Below, in pieces: positions 1-31,200 of a DNA stretch of 64,000 bases. Source of the DNA: Eledone cirrhosa (taxonomy: Eukaryota); assembly GCA_964016885.1 (NCBI GenBank), contig OZ024740.1:354206001-354270000 (forward strand). Direction: 5' to 3'. The position numbers were made by a program, and so were the translations under genes. Below the pieces are notes generated by a model. It was not told where the DNA came from. It searched no databases and worked only from the letters and a program-made list of their open reading frames with translations. How positions within the stretch are numbered: position 1 is the first letter of the stretch; every line of letters begins with the position of its first letter.

Positions 1-745
1 ATTATGATAGATGTTATAATAGACACTATGATAGATACTATGATAGATACTATGATAGATACTATGATAGATACTATGATAGATACTATGATAGATACTA
101 TGATAGATACAATGATAGATACTATGATAGATACTATGATAGATACTATGATAGATACTATGATAGATACTATGATAGATACTATGATAGATACTATGAT
201 AGATACAATGATAGATACAATGATAGATACTATGATAGATGTTATAATAGATACTATGATAGATACTATGATAGACACTACGATAGATACAATGATAGAT
301 ACTATGATAGATATTATGATAGATGTTATAATAGACACTATGATAGATACTATGATAGATACTATGATAGATACTATGATAGATACTATGATAGATACTA
401 TGATAGATACTATGATAGATACTATGATAGATACAATGATTGATACTATGATAGATACTATGATAGATGTTATAATAGATACTATGATAGATACTATGAT
501 AGATACAATGATAGATACTATGATAGATATTATGATAGATGTTATAATAGACACTATGATAGATACTATGATAGATACTATGATAGATACTATGATAGAT
601 ACTATGATAGATACTATGATAGATACTATGATAGATATTATGATAGATATTATGATAGATGTTATAATAGACACTATGATAGATTCTATGATAGATACTA
701 TGATAGATAGTAAGATAGATACTATGACAGATGCTATAGCAGATA
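1..745. repeat. 12-bp minisatellite (ACTATGATAGAT)n, about 60 units, with variant units such as GTTATAATAGAC
   Basis: Direct reading. Runs off the left edge and is probably intronic in the minus-strand gene. Confidence 0.97.
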
Positions 746-1012
746 CCAATATACACTTTCATAGATAATATAATTATTTCTAATGAGATACCAACATTTA
801 TGGAGATAGTTAAATTTGTTTTAGTCAAACCCAATCCTTGGTAGTACTAATTTTATTGATCCCAGAACAATGAAACACCAAATCAACCTCAACAAGATTT
901 GAACACAGAACAAAGAGGTGTAATGAAAAAACACAAGGTATTTTGTCTGACACTTTACCGATTCTGCTTACTCCTTTCATGTATAGTAGATAATATAATG
1001 AATAATACTTAC

Positions 1013-18916
<17,904 letters not shown>

Positions 18917-20255
18917 CCTGCCAAATATCAATGAAACTGAGAAAGGAAGAATGGAATGGCCAAAGAAGAAAAAATAAACAGTTAAGTACGCTCCACTTCG
19001 GATGACAGCTTGTTGTATACTAAACACTAACAGAATGCCTATACATTTCTGGCTGGAAAACAAATGAGAGAGGACAACAGAGAGATGTAGCAATATACAT
19101 AAATAGAGTCAAATAGAGACAGAAATAGAGAGAGGAGGAGGTAGATTGAGACAGACAAGGTAAATGTGAGAGAAAAAGTTTTTAAAATGTGTAGGAGAGA
19201 AATAAATAGAGAATGCTATGAGAGGAAGGAGGAACAAGAAAAAAATACTTCCATTGGTATTCATCTAGGATTATAGATTTGGAGATAACATCAATCACAC
19301 TCACAAAGCTGACCCTGTTCAGATATTTGTGAGATAATCTGCTCATTTCCTTGTAGGAAGAAAAGAAGGAAAAAATTATCTATTAACATCAGGGTGGAAC
19401 GCACAATGTAATCTTTCTGAATTCGTTAGTCAATGTCAAGAGAAGGGATGAAAATAACAACAGAAGCTACAACAATAGCAACAACACCAACTACAACAAC
19501 AAACATATATGTAAAAGAAGTGATGAGTTTTGATGCAAAAATACCGCAAAGCTTATCAAGCTAATAGAAAATTCTAAATCTTAAATCAATGAGACTTATT
19601 TTTACTAACACCGCACATTTGACATTCATGGCCAGTTTCTGTGAAGATAATGAGGATGATGATAGTGTAATTCCATCCCCACCACTGAACACACACTATT
19701 TACATATGAATTAGAACAGTAACACATAAATTTGTAAATATTTATAAGCCATCATCATTCTTCAATCTTCTTAAATTTTTTCTTTCATGCTTTCTAATAT
19801 TTCATTTCTTCTGATTCCCCAGTCGACCTATAAACACATATAAATAAACTATTGTGGTTCCAAACGGTCAACAACATCATTGATGATGTATATCATCATC
19901 ATAGATTTATGTCCATGTTTTCTTGCTAGCATGGGTTTAACAGACATATGCTATAGATATTCATCCAGTCATAGAAACCATATTAAATACTGAATGTTAT
20001 GAGCAAGATGAGGTTTCTCAGACCCATCTAGTCTCAGACTGTGGCAACTCATCCAACCCATGACATGATAATAATATATAAAAGGAAATGAAATTTACAG
20101 CTCACATTTATGCTGGTTTAGCTGATCTCCTATATGATTTTACCTCAAATGAGGTTTCTCGAGTGTTTTAATGAAAGGGGACCCAGTCATATGAAAACCA
20201 ATGTGAAATGAAGTGTCCACATGCCTTCACACCAACACACATACACACATATATA

Positions 20256-21420
20256 TCATCATCATCGTTTTAATGTCTGCTTATCCTTCTAGCAAGGGTT
20301 GGATGGATCCACATAAACAAGGTCAGTACTGAAGCAGGGCTACTGATCTCCCAGGCAGGTCAAGGATCTGCATCATACATATGATCTCACATTCTACTGA
20401 GTACACAGGAGAGGTTGTCATGTCTTTGACACAACTGAAGAGTCTTCTCAACTCTTTGTTAGACAAGCTTTCTATGGCTGGATGCTCTTCCTTCCAACAA
20501 CCCCTTTACAGCATGTACTGGGTGCATTTATCGTGTAGATCACCAAAGCTTGGGAGGCTGTCATATCCTTGACATTACTGAAGAGTCCTCTCAACCCTTG
20601 TTTGGCAAGTTTTCTACTGCTGGATGCCCTTCCTATCACCAACCAATTTACAGCATGTACTGGGTGTGTTTATTGTGTAGCATAGTGCCAGCTCTCAGGG
20701 AGTCTAGTCAATTCTGTTGTGAGGTTTAGTCTTTTAAGGTCGGTCTTCACAACCTCATCTCTTGTCTTCCTGAGTCTGCTTCTACCTCTGGTCACAGCTA
20801 CTGGGGTTTCTCTGCATTTCTTTATGCAGCTGTTATCTTCCATGTGTATCACATGCCCATACCAACACAGTCTTCTCTCTTGCACACTACATCCAATTTC
20901 TCTTATGCCAAGATTTTCTTGCAGTTTGCTTATGCTATGCCACTCATGCACACTAACATTACACATCCATCAGAGCATACTCGACTCCTTTCTTTCTAAC
21001 CTCCACAGGTCTTCTGCAGTCAAGATCCATATTTCACTGCGATGTAGCATTGTAGTTCACGCACAGATGTCATACAGTCTACCCTTCATTCTGAGAGGAA
21101 AACCCTTCATTGTCAGCAGTGGTAACACCTCTCTAAACTTCTTCCAGTCTGTTCTTATCCTAGCTACCATATTTTTGACACATACTCCCCAACTGCTAAT
21201 TTGATCGCCTAAGAAGCGAAAACTGTCAACAATTTTTAGGTAGTTTACTTTAAGTTTACTTTTAGGCTTTCCAACTGTAGGTTCTTATTTCATGTTTGAA
21301 ATTTTACTTCTAACTCTCCTATGGATTTAGCAATGAGGACAAGCATATAGGAGCTCCCACAGAAGGACAATGATAAACAGAATTGGACTGAGGACTAATC
21401 ACTGGTGGACCCCCACTTGC
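20256..21420 (-). mobile_element. Older degenerate RTE LINE 3' fragment (same group, with internal deletions)
   Basis: QERRLCWYGHV, remnants of the GVHQ/WELLY region, 3'UTR and (ATG)n tail. Confidence 0.85.
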
Positions 21421-23739
21421 ACTTCAAATGTGTGAAATTGCCTTCCAAAATTCGGTCACTCTACTCTCCTTTGGCATATAATGCTTTTTGAGGATTTGAA
21501 TTTGATTCCAGCTGTCTCCACTTTTGTTTGCAAGAAGGATACATGTCGCCTCTGTCAGTAGCCTTGACTTGGAGTGCTTGGCTGGTTTAAGAGTCCATCT
21601 GGTTTGGTACCATCCCAAATGAAAAGCTACAAAAAGCAATTAAGAATACAATTAATGTTCCTTGTCTGGGCTCAGAATAGTAACTTTATTCAATATAATT
21701 GAGGTTTAACATCCTGTAATGATTTAGCAGAACATATCTAAAATCAGGGAGTATCTTTACTGGAGACAGATTGTTGTGAAAACTTACAGTAAACTAAAGT
21801 TTAATATGATGCAATCAGTGGTGTTTTGTAACTTGCCAAGAATGTCTTGCTAATGCAGTTTCATGGGGTACATGATGTTATGAGTTAAGGATTAACAGCA
21901 TACATTATATCAGGAACAACAATGCCCTAGAGGAACATTAAATAAACTTACATTCCATATAATTGTTTGGATGGTTGTTTGTATTTCTGCTGTACCCATT
22001 CTACATCAGTGATAGGTGGCTGCCATTAAAATAGTTTCTGTCAATATACTGGATAAAATCTTGCAACTCTACATGCTGTCAAATGAAATGTGTGCCACAT
22101 TCAGAACAGTAATGGTGGAAGTTTTGTCTTACAATGACCATTAATAAATATCTAATAGAGAGAAACCTTCGAATAAATTTTTGAAAGTATTGATGGCTCC
22201 AGTATGTTCCAGGTAGCCTTAACTCACATAAATGCTTCCATATAGCCTGCTAGAAATGGAAGTAATAGATATTAACATTGGCCATTGGCAGTTCAATTTT
22301 AACATTAGTCATAAATGACTGCTCAAAATCTCATTCTACCCTGTTTGGACTTGTATCAATTAAGTGTAATGACCAATGTTTTTCGTGATGAAGGGAGCTG
22401 TTGCAAAAGAGAGATTCCTGTCCATGAAATGTGAAGAATTCCTTGTAAGTTGTTGGATATGTTTGGAATGCACAATCTCTGTACATGACAGGATTTAAAC
22501 TTTTAACCCTTTAGCATTTAAACTGGCTGTATCCAGCCAGAATTCTTTCACCTTATTTTGTTCAAACCAGCCATAACTGACGACTCATACTGATGTTAAG
22601 GCATTGTTCTCAAAATAAATAATATCAAAATTTCATAGATTCGATATTATGTGAAGTAAAGACTTTACCATGAAAATATAATAGTATATAACCAGTCATT
22701 GTGGAACCTCTTATGACAAAATATTGGTTCATTCTCCCTTAATTCTCTTATTGGCATATACCTGAGTTATGAGTAAAATGAGGGTACTCCTAGCTCAATG
22801 TAATAGTAGTGCACACATTATGGACTTCTGGAAGTTGCTCTCTGTCACCTCCACCCTGATGCTTCTTTTAGGTCATTGCATCAAATACATTAAATATCCC
22901 TTTAATTGGTCTTGTTACATCTTCATTTGATCTTCCGTTAGTTTATGAATGCCTTATTCTTTAGGATGTCATAAATATCTTTACCATGTGAATGGTAAAA
23001 TTCATGAAATCAGCACATGATTAGGGTCCCTTAGAGTTTTCTTCTAGTACAATTTTGGTACTTTTCATTGTTACACTCTGAAAGTCTTAATCCAGTCATG
23101 CATGAAGGGCTTCTATGACTGGTTTCTCTATTAACAGAAAATCAACTTGTTTTAACATTTGCTCCTCATGCTTTCCATTAACAACACTAGTAGATGGCAT
23201 TAGTCATTGTTTTGTTATTGTGGCTTCTAAACTAATCGTGAACAAATAATTTTCTGTTTGCTATCAATGAACTGCTACAGCACAGGAATGTAATGACACT
23301 TAACAGTAAATTATTTCATGAGAGTTTGTTTTTTCTTTCAACATAAAGTAGAATTGGAAAACTGAAGATGGTTTTCTGCAAGAAAGTTAATGTAATTTCC
23401 AAGAGGAGGAGGAGGAGGAGATTTTTTATTCATATGTATATATATCAATATTATGATTCTTTGAGGGGGTCATGCAATATATTCATAATAAAACGCTCAT
23501 ATTATCACGTAACAATAAGGTGACCGCTTTGAATTACAGATGTCTGTCTAGACAATTGTTATGAAAGTTTTGTCCAAATTTCGAAAGACCAAAAGATTAA
23601 TTTGTGAACTAATATAAAAACAATTCTTAAAAATAGAAATTACTATTTTAAAGAATTTTTTTTGCTATATGACAATCAGGAATGATAATCCCAATTTTCA
23701 AATAGATAGACAAGAAAGATTGCTCCTATTATAGAGGGA

Positions 23740-24890
23740 TCTCCTTGTTAAATCTCCCCAGTAAAATCTATGCTAAGTGTCAAGCAAAGAGATGCAAGGA
23801 TACTGTCGAACCAAGCTAGCTGACAAACAGTGTGATTTTCGCCCAGGACACAGCACAGCCAACCAGATATTCACACCATGGCAGGTCTTTGAGGAATTGT
23901 GGGAGTATCACTAAGAGTTGTATGTTTGTTTCATAGACCTTAAAAAGGCATGACAGCATTCCACAGGACCTGTTGTGGAAGGTTCTACAGGAGTATGGGA
24001 TCGATGGACAGCTTCTTGTTGCTCTGATGTCTGTATATAAATGCCCGAGTATTTGTTTTGGGATAAAAGCCGCTAAGTTGAAACCATTCAATGTGGCTGC
24101 CAGACTCTGCCAAGAGTGCATACTGTCGCCTCTCTTGTTCATAATCTCTATAGACAGGATTGACATGTGCAGCCAGTTTGGAAGTGGTATCAAGACCGGC
24201 AAGGCGGCGGATTGTTAGAGTAGTTAGAACGTGAGATAGAAATGCTTCGCGGTATTCATTTCGGCTTTCTGCTCACGTGGTTCAAATTCTGCCATGGTCA
24301 ACAATGCCTTTCATCCATTCATCAAAAGGTCATTTTCGATGTGCATTTAATAGGTTTGCTGCCGAGTGCTGCACTGCAGGAATGAAAATCAGTGCTGCGA
24401 AGACTAAGATACTCGTACTCACAAGGAAGCCTGCATAATGCACTTTAAGTGAGTGGAAGAAGGGAGATAAGTGTATAATACAAACTCCGTATCTTCAATT
24501 TGGTATTCGTGTCAACCCTTACCTATAGTTATAAATCTTGGGTAATGACTAAAAGAATATGATCACGAATACAAGCACCTGAAATGGGATTCCTCCGAAG
24601 GGCCTTTGGAGTAACATTACTTGATAGGGGTATTGCTCCAGATAGAGCTGCTATTTCTCCGAATTGGGAGATCACAGCTCTCATATTATAGAAATGTAGT
24701 TAGAATGTTTCAAGAAAGAATCACTGGATAGATTTTATGGGCAAAACCAACAGGCAGGAGACCCAGGTGTACACCCTTAGCAAGATGCTTGGATAACATT
24801 TATGAGCTCGGCTAATCTCACTTGGGGATCTAGCCAGATCAATTGGAGATAGTCGCTTCTGACAGGAACTGCCGGAAGGCGTGCTAGAGC
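23740..24890 (+). mobile_element. Degenerate Expander/Rex3-like RTE (RT to C-terminus), interrupted by a SINE at about 24204-24320
   Basis: GISLL.LP.KIYAK, FIDL.KA.D, Q.CILSPLLF and EMGFLRR remnants. Confidence 0.85.
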
Positions 24891-25111
24891 ACTCATTCAG
24901 CCCCTACGAACCACTTGTACGCAAACGCACCGAAAAAGAGAGGACGAAGAAAGGGCTAGTAAAACGTAAGGGAGATAATTGCTGACTTTAAACAGTTGTC
25001 TGTTCTTGGGTATTTCCGCCTCAGCGTGGTTCAGCATTGTTTTCATTTGAGTGTTATAGCCATACCTTAGGAAGCCTTATTTTCAAGCAGTGATTGATTA
25101 ATTTATTGAAT
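24870..25111 (+). promoter_or_regulatory. Putative EXD1 promoter and 5'UTR, with a possible non-coding exon ending at 24965 and an intron at 24966-25090
   Basis: Locally CpG-richer by eye. Donor AAAAC|GTAAGG and acceptor TTTCAAGCAG| lie 21 nt before the ATG. Confidence 0.4.
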
Positions 25112-25226
25112 ATGAATCCTGAAAAATATTTGGGACAGTCTGTAACAGTGGTGCTTCGAGAGGGAACCTATCACGGCGTTATAAGTCGTTTAGATAGTGT
25201 CAGTAGACGAATAACTCTTCGAGATG
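25112..25226 (+). CDS. EXD1: EXD1 coding exon 1 (MNPEKYLGQSVTVVLREGTYHGVISRLDSVSRRITLRD), Lsm/Sm-like fold
   Basis: ATG at 25112, donor G|GTAAAC at 25227, phase 1. Sm1-like pattern (LG..V.V.L..G.Y.G.I...D....I.L). Confidence 0.8.
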
Positions 25227-28200
25227 GTAAACTTCTCTTTTTACTTTACTCTTTATATGGTATTTGTTCTGTAATTTTGTGGACAATTCTGCCGTAATCG
25301 TTCTTTTAAGGACTAAATGTATATATTTTGCAGGCATTTTAATATTATTTTCTTGTTATTTTTTAAAACCGAAAGTTTCTTTTAGATGTGCGTGTTATTG
25401 ACGGTAGATAGACAATCATAGCGTCGATTATTTTACATTCAGATAAATCAGGCTTAGAACAACTTCACCTTTCATCCTTCTTACATCGATGAAATAAAGT
25501 ACCAGTCATATACTGAATCGTTATAATAGACTATACCCCTCACTCTAATTCGAGACCGTATGCTTATGTTAAAATTCAATGTTCTAATTATATTTTCTAC
25601 TTTTCATTTGTGCATTCAAATCTCCCTCTTAAGTTAAAATGGTGAATCACGTTGTTTCACGTAAACTGTAATCCGTCTTTATAATTTATATTTCTTTCAT
25701 TAAATTTAGTCAAAAGTGATTTTTATTTATTTATCATGTCTCGTAAATAGCTTTTTGATGTTCCCTTCTACTTAAGGTGGTATATTGTATTGTGATAACA
25801 TTGTGAATTTCATTCTAGTAATTTCGTATTTTAAAAGATCCTATTGCTCCAAAGCTATTTGTTGTACACAAGAGAATCGTGATTGTGACAAGTAGTATAC
25901 ACATGTATAAGCAGTATACTTTCAAAAAGGCATCGAAACAAATCTATGGAATCTCTTATTATTGTAAATGAATTGTTCAGCTTTCTATTGATACCTTGCG
26001 AGTGAATAGATGATAGATTTCCTTGAATTGGTTTGCTTAGCACACGCAAAAAGTGTGCACCAAGCCACTTTGTTTAACACAGCACACCTTCGGTGTGCGA
26101 TTGAGTTTTAGTATAACATGGTTTAGATTTTTTATTATTGTTATTTCCTATGATAACTTTAAATAAGTAGAATGGCGTTACTCCAGTTTTGTACCACATA
26201 GTCGCCATGATAACTTTAAATAAGTTACTCCAGTTTTGCACCACATGGTCGCTATTGTAGTTTTATAGCTAGATTTGCTGTGGATTACATAGCTAGAATT
26301 GACCAAAAAAGTTACACAATTATCTCTGAGAAATGCATTATTTCAAAAAATATATATCAATTCAATACTGAATATTAATAAAGTATACCCTGCGCTAACG
26401 CCATATATCAGAGTATGTCAGTTTTGGTCTTAACGCTTTGTCTTTATTTTGAGGTGAGATGGCACACTACATGTTAAGAGAATTTATATATTCTGGAGCA
26501 TAGAGACTCCTTAGTTGTCATGATCAGAATCAACGCTTCTACGAATAATGGACTCCCTGAAAGTTTTTTCATAATTTTGCTGTTTGGTTTATCAAATAAT
26601 TCCTGATGAAGGCTATTTCAAATGCTTAACATTATTAAAAAAAAATGTGTGTTGAATTAAAACTTCCTTGCTATTGGCATGGGAATGGGGAATTTTAGTT
26701 GCATTAATATATAGACTTCGAACAACATTAGGAATTCTGCCTTCATTAAGTTGCAACGACCAAGCATCCATGTTATTGTTATGGATTCAGTTTAGAACTA
26801 TTTGGCTTTCTGTATGTTTATTATACATAAACATACTGTATATGTTTTTATATACGGCTCTATTCTAAATCACACCGTGTTAATACCAGTCAGTTGAGCT
26901 TGCCACATATACAAATGAACTTCACTATACATGTATTATTTGCAAAAACTTATGTTTAAACTGATAGCTTATTTTGCTTCAGCATGGATAAAAATCCTGA
27001 AATGCTAGTATCTGGCATCCTCACATGGTTAATGAGATAGATGTGACATGATCACAGCCTAAAATACCCACGAGACTTATCTGTGTTTATCATATGTTAA
27101 CATATTGTATCTGCTTTCACATACACCTTTATTCTAAATCAAGTTGTGTTAATTGCTAATTAATCTCAGTAAATTGTATCACGAAAATGTGTGACATGCC
27201 TCTTGTCCATCTGAGGAGTCAGTAACTCTGCTTAAGTACTGACCAAGACTGCTGATGGCCCATCCAACTCTTGTTAGCAGGGAAAGCAGATGCTAAACAA
27301 TGGTGATGACACCTACTTGGAGATATTCAACTCCTGTTGAGAGTTGAATATCTTGGCTATGGACACATCACAATACTGGTGATAGGATATGAACTACTAC
27401 TACCTTGGCATCAAATTATCCTACAAGGAAGGTGGATAGTTTGATGATTCTCTCTCTAATGGTTTCTGATTTAGGCACAAGGTCAACAATTTTAGGAGAG
27501 AGGAAAGTCGATTAAATCGACCCCAGTGCATTACTGGTGCTTTATTTTATCAAACCCGGTAAGGATGAAATGCAAAGCTAACCTCGGCGGGATTTGAAAT
27601 TAGAACGTAAATTTAAAAATAACTGTAATGTATGCATTTTATCTTTTTCAGTACATGATCCTGCAACTGGCAAAAAATATCCTGGATTCCGTCATTTCTA
27701 CGTTGTTGAAATCCTTGACTGTAAGTATTTCCTGTTTTTATATATTTTTTTAAAATTAATTTTATTATTATTGTTTGTCAGTCAGAAATTTATAAAAGCA
27801 ACATGGAGGCACATGGCTTAGTGGTTAGAGCATTGGCATTGCAATCGAAAGGTTGTGAGTTCAATACTCAGACCGGGTGATGTGTTGTTTCCTTGAGCAA
27901 GACACTTTATTTCACATTGCTCCAGTTTACTCAGCTGTAGAAATGAGATGATAGGGACTAGGGTCCCTATCATTCCACTGCAAAGTGGTCGTGGAGGTGC
28001 CACGGCAAAAAAGCACCCAGCACTCACTGTAAATGAGGTTGGTGTTAGGAAGGGCATCCAGCTGTAGAAATCAAGCCAGAATCAGTTCCTGTCCCACCCT
28101 TGCAAGCAGGGAAAAAGCGGACGTAAAATGAAATGATGATGATGAACCAGATTGACATGGTAATAATGTGACATTAGGCAATTAACTCTTAACATCCTGT

Positions 28201-31200
28201 ACCACATGGAACCGCATTAGCAGAACATTCTTTAAAAGTATAAAATTCATTATGACTGCATTTCATTAAAATTTAAAGTTTTTACTTTAGTTTACTGCAA
28301 ATTTTCACAAAGATATGTCCAGATATTCCACTAGTAAAGATACTATAATTTGAATTAACAAATCCACTTTTAGACATTTTGACCTAAATCATTACAGGGT
28401 GATAAGAGTTAATAGTGATGAAACCCTCACTATTTCATTATTTGTAACATAATTGAATAAAATGTTCCTATATTAAATTATGTTGGAAGAATTTAACTTA
28501 AATAGGAACCCTTTAAAATGAATGGTCGTATTTCATAGAACCAGAGACAGTTTTGGATAGGTGCGTATCAAAAGAGTTAACTTGGCACATTGTTGTGTTT
28601 TAATATATCCCAGTTGAATTGATACAGTTGTGTTATTGGTGACCACCAGTTGAATTGTATAGTCTGTACATTTTGAATGAAATCTGGTAGGCAGAAGTTG
28701 TGCAGAAGCCTAATATATGTGTGTGTGTGTGTGTGTGTCCAGATCGATAGAATATGTGCCAAACTTGAAAAATATAAGTAATTGAGTCAACAGAATTGAC
28801 CAAATCCTTTCAAGGTGGTGCCTCAGCATGACCTCTATCCAATGACTAGAACAAGTAAAGGAAGAGTGTGTAAGAAAGATGAAAAAAGCACTTCAACAAA
28901 TCCCTGTTGTCTTCATCATTTAATGTCCACTTTTTCTGCTAGCAAGGGTTGGACAGATCTTCACAAACTGTGTCAGTAACTAAGTGGGGCTACTGACCTG
29001 GTGGTCTGTAACTTGCTTATGTACAGTCCCACGTTCTACCGAGTGCACCAGCACAAGAGAAGTTGTTATGTCTTTGACACAACTGAAGGGTCCTCCCAAC
29101 GCTTTGTTTAGCGAGCTTTCTATGGCTGGATGTTTTTTCTGTCATCAACCATACATCGTGTACTGGGTGCGTTTATCATATAGTTCACCAACACTAGAGA
29201 GGTTGTCACGCTGTCACACAACTGAAGGGTTCTGTCACCCATTTTTAGGCATAGTTCCTACATCAAGGTGCTCTTTCTGTCGCGAACCACCTTACAGGTA
29301 TACTGGGTGCATTTTCATAGCAACAATGTTAGAGGGATTGTTGGTCATTGTCCCAAGGGAAGAGCCCTTTCTGAGGTTCTGGTGGGACAATAACTTATAA
29401 TTGATTGTTAGACCACCACTGAACATTTTTATCTGTCTGTAGGTAAAGTCACTTGGGCAGTGAATTAAATGCCTTGGTATTTATTCCGGCTCACTGTGCT
29501 TTACCAATGTCAACTTTGCCTTTCATCCTTTCAATGTTGGTAGATAAAGTACCAGTCCAGCATTAGAGGCCATTATTTCTCGGTGAATTGGCAGTATCGG
29601 TGGAGGGTCGGACGCCATGCTTTCCAGCATAGTTACGTCCCTTTACGATCTGAGTTCAAATCCTGCCGAGGTTGACTTTGCCTTTCATCCTTACGGGGTC
29701 GATAAAATAAAGTACCAGTAATGCACTGGGTAATTGCTGGCCTTGTGCCTAAAGTAGAAACAATTATTTCTCTCATTCTCTCTCTCTCTTTTCTGGGAGA
29801 AATAAGCTGTGTTCTTATCTGGATAGGGATAGGCTCTGTCAGGTTTAAAGTGCCCACATGTCAGGAGGGCACCCCTATGGTTTTTAGAATATCTCATGAA
29901 AGAATTGTTGGATAGATTTTATAAGCAAAAGCAACCGGTAGGAAACCCAGGAGTAGACCCTAAGTAAGATGGTTGGACAACATCCATTAGCTCAGCTGGT
30001 CTTGCTTGGGGATCCAGCCAGATTAATTGGAGATGGTTAGGGCTAGGACCTGCTGGAAAGTGTTTGAGGACTCTGCCCCCATAACCCTCTCAGAAATAAG
30101 TGGGTGAAGAAGTAAATTAGACTAGGATTAGGCCTCCATTCTAAAGCTCTCATACACTTGATGTTAGTGCTCTATAACTAAATGAGATATTTTCTTCCTG
30201 AAAGTACGATTTTTCTGACATATATATTACAACAGTTTTATATTTTGTATATTTTTGCAGTGAAATTTGATGTTAATAATGAATATTCTACAGGAGAATT
30301 AACCTATGAAGACACGTAAGATATTTTCCACAGAATTTTTATTTCATTTTATTTTTTTATTTTTTGCTTTTTAGTTATTGTTGTATTTGTATTTTTAAGT
30401 GAGCAAATATAATTTCTAAGTGAGAATATTGATTTCAAAATAAGCACTTACTATTTCAAATTGAAAATAATTTCAAAATAAGAATAGTGATTTCATAGTG
30501 AACTCTTATTACTTAAACATACTTGGCCAAGAATATTTAATGTACCTTCTCATTGAAAAAATATAGCAGGGAAGACTTCTCAAATTGGAGAATATGATAT
30601 AAATAAATCAAAAAGCCCAATCTATTTTAATCACTGTTGTAATAGCTTGCTTTATATTGAATTATTGCATTGATAAAACCTGACAGACTTTTAGCTCAAA
30701 GAGATTTTTTTAGGCACAGTGTGACACCTAATTATTAAATGCTCAAGTTAAACTGCTTCTTTGAACTGTATTTTTGTAATGCCTAGACAGCAGTATCAAG
30801 TGAACATTGAACAAGGATGACACAAGTGTCCTATCTTTATCATAGTCAGCTCATTGTGGATTGGTGCCATTTCCTCCTCCTCCTCCTTCACGAGATGGTT
30901 GTAGAAGCAAAGTCTTCAAACACTCCTTCCAGCAGGTCCTGCCAGTAGCAACCGTCTCCAACTGATCTAGCTGGATCCCCAAGCAAGGTCAGCCAAGCTC
31001 AAGGATGTTATCCAACCAACACGCTTGGGGTTTACCCCTGGTTCTCCTGCTGGTTGGTTTTGCCCCCAAACCAAACCCTGAGACACCAGAGTTGATAAAG
31101 TGTAGGTTAGAGAGAGCTCTATCATAAGAGGCAATAGAACTGTGGAACCTATAAGCAGACAGTTGTTTTTCAAGAGATTGCATGCCAGACATCAAATGTT

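Noticed and set aside
1-745. CRISPR-like array
   Set aside because: The units are contiguous with no unique spacers, there are no cas genes, and the context is eukaryotic.
4-768. 254-aa ORF of (MIDT)n
   Set aside because: It is a by-product of a 12-bp tandem repeat that lacks a stop in one frame. There is no other coding evidence.
19305-19353. Minus-strand mini-exon MSRLSHKYLNRVSF with a GTGAGT donor as an upstream coding exon of the membrane gene
   Set aside because: Splicing to either downstream acceptor gives an early stop. At most it is a 5'UTR exon or uORF, and this is unsupported.
26148-26252. Approximately 55-bp imperfect tandem duplication in EXD1 intron 1
   Set aside because: It looks like an ordinary local duplication with no further structure.
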